Source: Yuukianura sp. NJ FZ-2021
Taxonomy: Eukaryota
Length of the DNA: 64,000 nt
NCBI GenBank assembly: GCA_046563655.1
Contig: CM102285.1
Location: 9,238,001 to 9,302,000 of the forward strand
Direction: 5' to 3'
The notes under the pieces were generated by a model that made no database searches, was not told the origin of the DNA, and saw only the letters and a list, made by a program, of their open reading frames with translations. Numbering within the stretch: the first letter of the stretch is position 1; every line of letters starts with the position of its first letter. The translations under genes and the position numbers were made by a program. Positions 12,301 through 24,860 of the stretch are shown here, one piece after another.

Positions 12301-13966
12301 CACAACGAAAAGCACATGGCCCCTCTACTTTCTACTTTGAAAGTTTGAGTGGGTCAGAAGTCGTAAAGTTTTTGGCAAATTTTTACAAAGTGGAGCATTT
12401 TTTCAAAAGAAAGTTTTACAATTTTTTTTAGAATGAAGTGCTAAAAGTGACAGTTACATTTGGAGTTTCCCTGCAAAACCTCCAGCAAATGTTTCGCATC
12501 AACACCAACTAATTCGGAAAAGAGAAAACTCTGCTTTCAATTTGTTCATCTCTGGCTTAGAATATAGGCTTATGTGTTAGTTTTTTGGCAAAGCGTTGTT
12601 TGAACATGTTTGAACAACAAGTGCTTACGGGATCCTTTGGTCTGAAGTAGTACGATCGATCCGGAAGACTCAGTCCAGCTGGACTAATCTGTTCAAACAT
12701 AAAAGTCAAAATGTAAATACTTCCTTCAAAGTGCTCTCAATCTGTCCAGAAAACGAGCCCATTTTGAAAAAAAAGAAGCTTTTCTTCTGATGTTGCGTTT
12801 AAGATGTAGAACATGGAATTTCATTTTACCCGAATCATAGCGTTCGTGGGTGCGCGTGGATCAGAGACTACTTCGATTTTAAAAAATGGAGAAATCCTGT
12901 ATTCTTCCTGTAGCGTCTGGAGTGTTCTCCGAAAATTGAACTCACTCTGGCGAAAAGTCCGCAGAACTTCCCACCCTCCTGAAATTGACCAAGCGACGAA
13001 ATAAATATTTAAAATTGTAATTTTGAAGAAAACGGAATAAAATTCTGGTCATTCACCCAGAGAGTCAATGATGGTTTTGAGTGCTCTGTCTCTGTCAGCC
13101 TCGATGTAGTCAAGACTCATGCAAGATTGGTAGAAACGTTTTACTTTTAGATCTACCGAATTCACTTCATCTGCTCTCTCTGCTTGAGTATTTATCAACA
13201 TGCGAATGGTGTCTTTCACTAAAACAGGAAAAAATCAATCAGCATTGCTTTCTTGGCACCAAAATGCTGAATTTTTAAAGATTCTACACTTTTACAAGAA
13301 ACCAAATCAAAAATGCTGTTTGAAATGAATTCTCACCACGAAGTTCTTCTTTAGCAGCAGCACTCCAGTGACTTTTGCTGGGTGGAATTGGATTGTCCTG
13401 CAGCCATCCACCACAAGAGAATTCCCAAAAATTGTCGCAAGGCTCCACCGTGTCATTGATCTGACTCAAAATCTGTAAAATTCAACTCATTTAAAAACAG
13501 AAGAACGCGAAGAACGATTTCGTTTCATTCAATTCAAACGAGATAGAAAATTGCGCGATTGAAATAAATTCATTCGCGGCTTTCTTCTTATCATTTTCTT
13601 TCATACCTGAGCTGAAAGCGAGTGACATTCTGACCTCTGACATACATCAGAAGAGTCGGTAGATGGCCATAGGGCTAACATAACAAAAATGGCGACCAGA
13701 AGGATGAGAATCACCACTCCACAAAAGATGAGGTACAACAAGCCTTTCTTAGGTGTAAGGCCCCACCGGCTAGCGCAGGATCCCAGTTTGTCTGGTTTCC
13801 GTTCTGGAAGGGGCCCTTCATCATCAAAGGGACCATCAAGGTTTGTATACCTCGGTTTCAGCGGCGCCGATTCCTCTGGAGTGCCGCTTCCAGGCACTCT
13901 TCCGGCTCCAGTTTTGTCCAAACCATTTCCAGCCACTTTCCGATTTGCCACCACTTCGTCTTCCAT
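9340..13966 (-). CDS. Type II membrane M13 neprilysin/ECE-like protein, predicted non-peptidase
   Basis: About 15 exons, approx. 13966-13607, 13472-13337, 13218-13057, 12978-12830, 12688-12629, 12184-11981, 11828-11701, 11633-11530, 11390-11267, 11033-10916, 10604-10309, 10129-9991, 9876-9660, 9594-9518, 9442-9340. Cytoplasmic N-terminus, TM helix, [37 protein letters not shown] and [11 protein letters not shown]. HExxH is absent. Confidence 0.9.
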
Positions 13967-15103
13967 TGTTGTCACCGCGTTTTCCACTTTTTTTAAAAAC
14001 TTGCTTTCACTCACATTTCACTCCACCCTGCTGAACCTGTTCACCCCACATCCAAATTCAAATTGAGATTCAAACTCCGGAGAAAGTCTTAATTAAGCTC
14101 GTAATTGCTAATTTTGGAAGTTAGTTTGTCGTGTTAGCTTATAAATTGACGACTATTGACATTTCGTTTTCTAAATACACTGTAAATGGCAGGGGAGGGT
14201 TGATGACTTTGGAAAGTTGAATAATAGAGTGAATTGCTAATTAAACTGTGCAGTCCAATGAGTCCAATAGCTGCCAAGCTACCTACGGCTACACAATCCC
14301 TCTGAAAAACACCTTGTTGCCACCACCCGGCTTCTTTCGCAAGACGCCTCTTTGCAAAAATCCTCTTTGCTAAAGCTGAAACGCTAACAAAATCCTTTTC
14401 TTCCTAACACGGTAAACGCTAACCAACTAAAGTTTAGTGTGAAACAGTCTGGACGAAGGATGAATAGTCTTCGTCTGTTGTGGTAAACTGGCACATGGGG
14501 TGGAGAGATTGAATGGCGTATAGCCCTTCCATCCTTCCCCTGATGGGATGCTGTGAATGATGTAATGGAAGGAAGATACACGCTTTTGAAATAGACGCAC
14601 AGTCATTTCGTGTAGTATTCCTAAGTTGCTACAGGTTTCCAACAATACACTGGATTATTGTTGAATACCTGTGAGAACATTCTTGAGTCAGAAACCCTAG
14701 GGTTAGAGGGGATGAATGATTCAGTTGGTGACCTTGATGAGGAATTAGCGTCATGGGGGGACGTAGAAGATGAATCTCACGGAAGATCAAATGGGACAAG
14801 GTCCAGTGATCTTCTTTTTGCGTAAGACACAAGATATGTGTCTCATCAGATCAGTATGTTGACACAAACATGAGTAAAAATGTCAAACCGGTTTAGATTA
14901 AATGTCTAATGCTATTTCTTTGGAATTTGAAGTGAAAGTTACTCCAGAGTGCTTCTGTTATTCCATATTTAGTTTCTTCCCCATAAAGATAAAGCGAAGC
15001 TGTAAGCAGTGAAGAAATCTTTATGTTTATGTTTCAAAGGGCTAATGGTTAAGTTATGATTCTTGTAAAAGTCACGTTTCAATTTTTAGTATCGCCAGCA
15101 TGC

Positions 15104-15993
15104 ATTATGCGCTCAGATTTGAGAAAATGCTTGAAACTACAAAAAGAAATGAAACCGACACGGTTGTTAGCATCTTAATGTTTAGTTTATAGAAAATATG
15201 AACAGCATCTTTTGTAGAATCAGCAAAATGTAGGTTGAGCAGCTTGGACTTTTTGTGGTGGTCTACTTAATCCAGACGACCAAATCTAATGGCTAAATTG
15301 GCTCCGCATCTCCTTGGGCAGATGACCTTTGACACGACAGATAAAGACGTTTTAGCCTTCGACTTTAAGAGTGACTCGTCATGCAGGCTGAGAAATTTCA
15401 CTACACTGCAAAAAGTGGTTGCTGGAGTGTTAATCTTCGTTCCCGACAAATCTCTATCAACACTTGGGCTGTTAGTATTTGGATCTTATGAATAATGCAG
15501 ACTCAGGAACACCAAATCCAAAGGATTACAAGAGACTGTCAGGAAAGGAATTCATTTCAAAGGCACAATTAGCACTAAATAGTCAACGGAAATTGACAAA
15601 GGACTACTGTCAACACGGATCCATTTTAATGTTTAAATTCAAAGTAGTTTAGTGTCGGGCCAATACAAAATGCAAATTACGAATTCACTTTGAGTTGAAA
15701 CAGAATTCACAATAATAACATTTCAATAAATTAAAAGCGAGAGGTAACGCCAGTTGCTTTTAATTTACAATTTACCAAGAAACTCAACCTGAAATAAAAA
15801 AAATTTGGAAACGTGAATGGAATCGAAATTGTTTAAGGCAGAAAGTAATCGAGCCACTCAAAAACTTGAATGCAGCTTGATTTTGCCCAACAAATTGCAA
15901 GTTGCGAAAACTAAAATTGCCCATTCAAGCTGCATTGCACACAAGTTTTTGTGCAACGAGCACAAATTACAATCAGAATTCTGAGCGCATAAT
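15104..15993. repeat. 14-bp inverted repeat pair, possible decayed MITE
   Basis: ATTATGCGCTCAGA (15104-15117) and TCTGAGCGCATAAT (15980-15993), with an internal inverted pair AATGCAGCTTGA/TCAAGCTGCATT at ~15869-15936. No clear TSD. Confidence 0.35.
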
Positions 15994-16940
15994 CATAGAC
16001 AATCATAACTATCAGATCCATTATCCATTTACAGTTGGATCTATACAATTTTTGCTTGCGTAGAAAACGAGAAAACGAGATCAAAGAAAGCAGAAAGTGG
16101 AAAATACTTTACAAAAATTATCCACCTAAATTGAAGTGCTTATGAAATTTCCATTAAATATCGTACGAATTTATTGGATACATTTTTTTAGACTTTCTAA
16201 TTTCACCTTTGTTCCAAAGCAATTTTCGGCTTTTGTTGAAATTTCCAAATTTAAATCAGTCTTTTCAGTTTTTGCATGGACGCGTCATGACAAAGGGCCT
16301 TTGTAATTATTCTACACGTCAACCACAGTATACTTCACTTCATATCAAGTTTCACTTGTGCTCAGATCAAGGTCAGGGCAAGGCAAGGACATGTTGAGAA
16401 CTGCCAGAAGTACCGTAATTTACCAATTCTCGCTTCATTTGATTCTTATGGTTCAATTTCCACCATGCTAGTCTCCAGAATTTAGCGCCTTTTGGGATTT
16501 TCTCGGTACATTTGATGGAGATTATGATTCCAGTTCTCCACATAATTCATGATTTCTATTCACCCTAATTATGATGGATAATTAAGTAATGCGTGTTTCT
16601 ACATGTAATCAATCTCGTCTGTTTCAAGTTGGGAGGCAAAAGGACACAACTGTAATGCCTTTAGGCTTTTGGCAAAATCAGACCTTGGATTTCCTCGCTA
16701 ATTTTAGTAAAGGTAGAATAGGAAACAGTCACTCAAACTACAAATGGCGTCAACATCATAGGCTTTTTAAAAAGTTTTCTGTCAAGTTCTTCCTTTCATA
16801 CTAGACACTTGTTCTGTAAAGTTTTTTTTTAAAGAATTCTGAGGCGTGCTGTGTACTATATTTAGAAATTGAATTAAAAAAGTTACGCTACAAAATTCAG
16901 TTACAAACTTTGGAATTGGGAAAACAATCAGAATCTAACA

Positions 16941-18596
16941 ATGGAATCCAAGCCAGAAAGTAGTGAAAGTGGAAACTATTTCTTCAGACTGATTCAAAAT
17001 CATTACAAGTAAAAGCATTTCCGTTCTGTAAAGTTTGTTTTCTCCTAAAATTTCGGTGTTTTTAAGAATCCATTTTGTATGCATAACGTGTTTCTTTTTC
17101 AATCCAGAGTTTCACCCAAAATCAAATCAGAGCGGGAAGTGGAGCGTGAGAAATGGCTGATTCCTAATATTTTGAAGTTCAATCGCTGGGCATCCATGCC
17201 AGCGGCCTTCATCATCCAGTTTTGCTGTGGATCGCTTTACTCCTGGAGCGTCTTCAACAAACCCATTGACTTGCTCATCTACTCGGAAAATAGAAACATG
17301 GCCCCAATCACATTTTACATTGCAGTAGGATTTCTAGGTGCTGCGGCAGCACTCATGGGACCATGGTAAGCTACGTCTACATTAGTCAACTTGACCTTGA
17401 ACTTGACCTTGACAAAATCTATATTTAATAGGCTCGAACGTAATGGACCTTTCATAACATGCGCAATGGGTACAACGCTATTCTTCACCGGTAACCTCGT
17501 TACGGCCCTGGCACTTCATCTGCAATTAATCTGGCTAGTTTTCCTTGGCTATGGTGTCATTGGTGGATTCGGACTCGGTGTGTGCTACATTTCACCAGTA
17601 TCGGCCCTTCAGAAATGGTTTCCAGACAAACGCGGTCTAGCAGCTGGATTTGCCGTATGCGGATTCGGTGCCGGGTCAATTGTCATTTCCAAAGTTCAAC
17701 TTCCACTGGTCCACCTAGTTGGTTTACCATTGACCTTCGTCATCCTCGGGTCAACCTACTTCATATGCATGATCATCTCCGCAACAGTTCTGCGAACTCC
17801 GCCTTCAGGATACAGCGTCACTCCTGCAACTGAAAAAGAGCATCAATTGAAGCAAATTCAAGGAGATCCAGAGAAATCAATTACCCATGAATCTCCATGG
17901 CCACACGAACAGGAAAAAGTAGGCCTAACTCTTGTGGAAGCCATCACTTCCACGGATTTTCGGCTGTTGATGGTAATGTTTACGAGCAACATTGTGTTTG
18001 GCCTAGTTCTGGTTTCGCGTCTCTCAAATATCATCACAGACGTGTTTGGAAAAACGGCCGAAGAGGCGTCAACGATCGTCGCAATCAATGGTGGGTTCAA
18101 CCTCGGTGGTCGCCTACTCATTTCCTGTGTGTCTGACTACGTAGGTCGGAAACACTGTTTCTTCATTATGCTTTCACTCCAAGTAGCAATTCTCGGTTTA
18201 TTTTCTACCATGACCAATCACTCTGCCTACTTACCCTTCATCATTTGCATGTGGATCATCACTGGTTGTTACGGAGCTGGATTCGGTGTTCTTCCGGCAA
18301 TCCTGTCGGATAAGTTCGGAACAACGAATATCGGAGCATGTCACGGAATAGTGCTTACGGGATGGTCATTTGCCGGAATTGCTGGAGGTCTCGTGTTCAC
18401 TTCCGTTTTTAATGCTGTCCTGCCTCCAAATTACTTGCCCTCTGACCCCTACCCGTATAATGTCAATGTCTGGTGGATCTTTGTAATTGTTTGTATCGGT
18501 TGGCTGGCTCTTCTTTTTATGCGTCCCACTGCACAGGATCAAAAGCTCAAAGCAAGTGTCAGAAATTATGTAAAATGCTTTGGACGGGAAAATTAA
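16941..18596 (+). CDS. MFS transporter, OFA (OxlT/YhjX-like) type (~496 aa)
   Basis: Exons 16941-17008, 17108-17365 and 17432-18596 join in frame. Motifs GSLYSWSVFNKPI, GYGVIGGFGLGVCYISPVSALQKWFPDKRGLAAGFAVCGFGAG, SDYVGRK and YGAGFGVLPAILSDKFG, with about 12 hydrophobic segments. Confidence 0.92.
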
Positions 18597-18804
18597 TAGG
18601 TTAGCGGCTACGTTAGAAAAATTGTCAGGAAATTAAATTAAAAACAAACGTAAAGCATGTCAAAGCATAGATAAACCAGCTTTCTTTCTTTTTTTGAAAA
18701 ATACCATAGCCTGTCATTCGTAGGAATTAATTTGAATTCATTTTCGAATTTCTTTTCTAAAGAAAGTCTTTCGTACTAACAATCTAACATACCCTGGTTA
18801 TACT

Positions 18805-19072
18805 GATTAGATGCAACCATAACTCATGGGGAAAGACGTAAAACTTTCCAGTGAAACTTTTTTCGCCGCCGGATTTGCGGATAAACTCGACAAGTTTTAT
18901 CTGAGAAAAAATACGTTTTAAGTTAGCTTTGTGCTAACTCCAACGTTTCTGTAAAACTTTGCAGAAGAATTTACGAATGCATAATTATATTCTAGTAGAA
19001 TGTTGCAGATTTCGAAACATTAACACCCATAAAGCGTTTCACTTTCCCCATGAAGTATGATGCAGTCTAATC
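18805..19072. mobile_element. Degenerate MITE-like element with imperfect ~30-bp terminal inverted repeats
   Basis: Left GATTAGATGCAACCATAACTCATGGGGAAAG versus reverse complement of the right end GATTAGACTGCATCATACTTCATGGGGAAAG. No ORF inside. Confidence 0.6.
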
Positions 19073-22000
19073 TTGGTTTTAAGTTTTTTGTGGTGTCGGC
19101 AGCGGAAGTTTCAGAAACTTTCTCCGGAGAAAGTTAACGAACAGGATCTTGAATTTTTTGTGAAAACTTAGTCTAAAGCTAATTGAATCTTGGTTGTTTG
19201 GTCACAATCTTGGATTGTTTATTTTCCCTTATTGTAACTCGGCTGGCCCTAGTTTATATTGAGTTGTCTCTGTTGGGTGTGGGGCGGAAAGCCAAAGTTT
19301 GCATAAAGATGACAATGGATCTTTGTTCTTAAGAGATGACTTTGAGGGAGTCATATCCTCAAGGGCTTTTTGTTTGGAGAGCACTTACATTAAAACACTG
19401 GAACCCAAATATAGACAAGTTGGAACGGACCAAGACGCGGTTCAAGTGACGTAAGGGTGATCTTAACCCTGTCTGCATCATGCTTGTCAGTAAAAAGCCA
19501 CTCCGGGCCTATCAAATATTCACAAACATCTCAGGTTGTCCGAAAATTGAAGTAAAAGTTCTTACTTCTTACATCCAAAAAATGTGAACCTCCCGAATGT
19601 CATTTGATAACAAAAGCAACTCACAGTACATTCTCCAGCGTGCTGACTAATCCTAAGTCGTTGTAGCCAAAGTGGCTTTGTAACTTATTAGCCGTTAAGA
19701 TGCGTCTAAACACTAAAATCCCAAAAGTTACTCATCTCATCGCAGTGCCCGCCGGCTACTTGGTATTTTATAATGGAATGTGAAAGTCAGCTTTTCATAA
19801 GGCGGGTTTTGAATTTAATTCCCCGACTTTCATATATCGTTGTTCTGTAGTAACGACAAGGCTGAGTTAGCTGGGTAACTATTTGCATGCAATTTCTTCT
19901 GCTTTGGATTTTAGATGCTAAAGAATTAAGTTAACCAATAGAGAATAGTGAAATTGGATCCATTAAGAAGTCTATAGGGACCGAGCGACCTCGGCATGTC
20001 AATGAGGAAGACGAACTTTTTGTAACCTCATGCGGCTTCTGGAACTTCAAGTTGCAGCGAATTGCATTGTGCAACTGCTAACTTTCCGAAATCGTTATGA
20101 GTAACAGTCAAAATTATAAAGAACTTTCACTTTCCAAATCATAAAATGGCTTTAGATTCCACCGCAACATTCGCCCCCTAAGTCTGAAACCGTCACGAGA
20201 AAGTCATTAAATCATAACTTTCTACGAAATACCAAAACTAATTGGTGTTCCATTCCAGCAAAACCAGCATTTTCATTATAACGACTGCTGCAGCGGACAC
20301 AGCGAGGAGTAGCCATCATGCAGTATTAATGACCTCTGACCGCTATTCCCTGCGACCTTTTGAAGTATCCACGCTTTACAAATCCCCTTAGTGAATGAAA
20401 CTCATGAGCTAGGTACATGCTTTGGAACTAACACCAAGTCTTTAGAAAACTCATTCTACTTTCACCCACTAACGCTCCAATTTGCTCTTCGCTGACTCAT
20501 TTCCTCACATTTCAGTGGTTTTCACCAAAGTTTTTTTGAAGATTGCAATGCAAGTTGAAATGAAAAAGGCAGTCTGAAAATGCAATTTTAGTTTCCTATT
20601 CATTTCATTTTGCCCTTGGCAAAGATTCAGTTGTCTCCGCATCTTCTATTCTAAGCGATGAGGAAGCATCGGGAAACGCTCTTTTCTTCTTTTACAGCAT
20701 TTGCCAAATTTCAAATCCTTCCGGTTATCCTTTACAAATCTCTCTCAAATCTAAATCACTCAAGACTTTTACTATTCTCTGGAATAGACACGCCTTTCCT
20801 TTATCTATCATCCTATGAGAGTTCCAATATTTAAAAGTAAAATAGAATCATGGGCCCAGTTCATCCGACAGTTCCATTAAACTTAAAGCTCCAAGGAATT
20901 CAGTATGCAAAAGGCATTGAAGCAGAAAATGCGAGATTTAAAAGAACAAAGAAAGCTCTTGACCCAACTTCCGATTCTTTGATGAATTAAAAAATCGTCG
21001 TTTCGTTTTTAATCGAAATAGTTTTAGAATTTTGGTAATGACAGACAAAGTGTAAATAACAAAAGGGGTAACCAACTAGAAAATGGAGAAAGATGTCAAA
21101 CGAATTTTAGTCGGAGAACAGGTTCCAGGGTTGGTTAGAAGAAATCTTTTATAATTTCATTCTACAAAGAACCCTCAAACCAGAACAAAGAAATGGAATA
21201 CACATTCAGTTTATGTAAACCACATCAACCCAAAGTTCCAATTTCGTAATCAAGTCAATGTCGTACTCAGATGTTATTAAATTACAGCAGTTACATGATT
21301 CGGTTTTGCGGCGAAATAGTGAGTAGGACGCTTTAGACTTCAATATTTGCCAAATAGAGAAAGAAAAGTTCAAACTTAGGTGTTGGATTTCTCTATTCTA
21401 ACGAACATGAACTTGAAATGGGCTTTGCATAATTACGATTACCTGTTTAACTGCTCAATTTTATGACACGGTTAGAATCCTATTGGGCATTTTATGTTTA
21501 ACGTTTGTGTTTAAAAGAAAGTTTCTTTCTCCACTGTGAAAATTGGATCTAGTGGGTTTTCCTCTTGGGATTTGAGACATATCCAAATATTTGTTTAGGA
21601 TTCTATCTATAATAGCTCCTTATTTCGGGTATTTGGTTTGGAAGTGAAAGTTTCAGGACTTCAAGATATCTATGCAAACAATCTTATGACAATCTTAACA
21701 CTGCTGTGAGACAGATCGGAAGGAAAGAGCTAACTTTGTGGATTCGATCAAATATGAATTAGCCAACCGCCTGAGAACTTTTCTAGAAACTATTCTTCCA
21801 GAAACGTTATGTACAGTACATAATGTACCTGAATTCTTTGAAAAACGAAAACCCATTTTGCTCCAGCAAATGTGATCCATACTCCCATTGAACTTTGTAG
21901 TACATAAAAGAGGTGTAGTGAAAGACCAATTTATTTTTACTTTCACTTTTGCTTTCACTTGGGGTAAATCTTGGAAAATGGCAGATGGAAGAGGGGGTTT

Positions 22001-23376
22001 CTGGTTTAGGCCGATTAGTACCAGAGAAAGGTGAACACAAATGGGATCATCATAACGACATCCCTTTGTACTACAACCACTTCAAAGGCTTATTCATTTC
22101 TGGTTCACTGGGACACAATCAAAATCTTCAAATAGATCTCTGCGTAGCGCGGGCCCATTTCCCTCAAAATTATTGCCCAAAAGATCTTCTTCACTTCCAG
22201 GGATTGACGAGTTGAAAAGTGTGTAGACAATTGACTTATTATGAAGTAAAAATCATCTTGTGATGCCTGATGCCTCTGCTGTATTGTGTAGTTTCAAATA
22301 GTCGCCTTTTATGGTGGAAATTTTACTGAGAAAATGAACTGACATGAAAGGAAAATTTTGGAATGAACCTACCTATTCATGCATTGCACAAATCGATTTC
22401 TCAAAGATCATTTTTTCCATTTGTTGCCTCATATGTGGTTGGTAAGCAACAGATTTTGTTGTGATCTTCTAAAAAGAAAAAGTTTGAAACAGGGAAAAAA
22501 ATAAAAGTGAAAGAAAGAATTTTTTTCTATTGTTTTCGAGGTTATGGTTACGCCTGGGTTTTTCGAGAAACGCGAAATGAGTGTTTAATTGTGTATGTTT
22601 GTGGTCATTCATTAGGTCATGCAATTCTCTCCGTTGTAAATTTGGTGTAATGCGAGCGTTTAAGTGAACCGTTACACCTTATCATTGTTGTGAAAGGAAA
22701 GTTGGTCCTAATGTACTACTACTTAATGCCCCATTAGGTTTCTGTGAGCAGAAACTGAATGTAGTAATTACGGTTCCCACGTTGAAGGAAAGGGGGGGGA
22801 GCATTATGATTTTGCCTTGATTTCATAAATCTCCGAACTCATTTGGCAAACCTCCCAAAAACTGATCTTGGTCTAGGCGTCCTCATTCTAACCAAAAACA
22901 GTATTGGACGTCCAGGTTACTGGTACAAGCAGGTTGTGAATGTGTTTCCAGAAACAACGGAAATTGTAAAAATTCCAGTTTCATGGCAGATAACAAATGA
23001 AAATACGGAGAAACGTAAAAATAAAGTTATGGAGAATAGACAAAATGACAAAAGAACAACAGAACTTTCCTTTGTTTGTTTTCTTGTGAACTGTGAACGG
23101 TGAAAGTGAACACTGTAGGTGACAATGGAGTTGAACACTGTACTGGAAGACTGGAAAAATGGGCCTTGTCATTTGCCAAGCTGGAAGTTAACTAAAGAGA
23201 AAGCACGCGTAGCCCACACAATACTTTTCTTTCAAATGTTCATGAGTTGAATTCAATTTCTATAGAAAGTCATTATTCCGGAAAAATTTATGAAACTTGA
23301 GAAGTTTTTGTTTTCGTCAGCAAGTCATCTGAGTTAGAAGCCTCACCGTACTGTACTCATATTAAGTTTTCTGAGA

Positions 23377-23418
23377 ACGTACGATCTTTCCACGTACGAT
23401 TCTTCCACGTACGAATTC
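23377..23418. repeat. Short tandem repeat, 15-bp unit, ~2.8 copies
   Basis: ACGTACGATCTTTCC ACGTACGATTCTTCC ACGTACGAATTC. Confidence 0.7.
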
Positions 23419-24860
23419 AAAGTGCGCCTCGTGTAGTAATTCAAATTCTTCAACGCTGAAAGTGAAAACTTTGTTTTAAGAATCAACGAAATGTGATAAA
23501 TTCACAAGCTCAAAAGACCGTCAGAAATTAACGTATATTTTTCAATTGAATTCCATTCCGAAGAAATGATGCTACTTCTGATGAAAATAGTGTTACGCAA
23601 GATTCTAAAAGACGGCACGTGGAACCTTACGGATTCTGAAAATTGGTCTGAAGTAAACCGGGCTTCCTGCAAGTCTCTTTCACTTTTCTCTTTTTAATTT
23701 AAAATTAGACCAGAAGCCATGCCATATTAGACTGATTTTTGCCTTGATCATTTAAGCCCTGATTCTGCAAACTAATTAACAGCGTCACAAGAGATACATA
23801 CAATAAAAAGTTGAAGTCCTCCGAAGCCCTAAAAATCTTCTCTTCCTAGGATGAACAAAATGGACAGAGATGTGCCATTAATTTCAAAGGGATTTCTCTT
23901 TCTCCAGTTCTTTTTCAGGCAACCATGTCGTCTTCAAAGACATATTTCTGGAAACCATAAGACCACAAGCTTAAACCTCCTGAAGGGCGGACGAGACAGA
24001 GACAGAGCCAATAAAGGGATCAAAGACACGAGCAAAAATCTTATGCAACTTCCACTTTGTACTGAGAAACATTTTTATTAACACATACAGTACGCCACGC
24101 TCTTCCGATGTACCATTGTCTCACCAAAACGGAACTCTCTGTGGAGCCATACACTCAAAACCTGTGGTTCAGTTGCACCGAAATTTCTAAAAAGCAGCAT
24201 AAATTTCAAGGGAACCGAAACGCGGAGTTCGTGCCTTTCATCTATTTTTCTTTTGAAAGCTTTAATTTTGTTTCTTCAAAAGTTTTCACTATAAATTTGA
24301 ATTTACCTTGAGGGAAAAACTTCAAAGTGAATATATATAAAAAGTATTGAAACGGAAAAATTAAAAGAAAAGTTTTTGGTGAAAGTTGGCGAGGGAGAAG
24401 GTATCAGTGAATGGCAGGCAGCGAAGAGTCTCAAAATTCTAGTCCGAAGAAAACGACTTTTTGAAAAATTGTCAAGCTGAAAGAATCCGAATTTTGGAAA
24501 GACTTCGTCGCCGGACCTGGGTGAGGAAGCATGGATTAGATTCACACAGCGGAGAGTCTTCATGCTACAGAAGAGTGAAAACGAACTTTCTCCTTCTGCT
24601 TTTCTTCATTCCATTTCCAACCCTCGGCGAATCAAGTCACTCAAGCTCTTGTGCTGCCACTAAGCTCAGCCTGTACAATCAACTCGGAAAAATGAAAATT
24701 CCAAGATTTCGGAAATCCCTTCTGTGAAAAATTGTTGGTTCACCTTGCATTCCATTTTTGAACATTGCTTTCACTCGATTTAAAACCATTTGACATTCTC
24801 CTCTCAAAGTAAAAAAACAAAGTGGCTGTCAAAATGACACTATAAACTTCCAATATTGAA

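Noticed and set aside
13967..14014. GTG-initiated extension of the neprilysin-like ORF
   Set aside because: Non-ATG start in a eukaryote; the first in-frame ATG is 13966.
23377..23418. Repeat considered as CRISPR-like
   Set aside because: Contiguous tandem units with no spacers, in a eukaryotic context.
19100..24800. Short ORFs upstream of the GPCR
   Set aside because: Composition is typical of random AT-rich ORFs, so this is likely regulatory or 5' UTR intron sequence.
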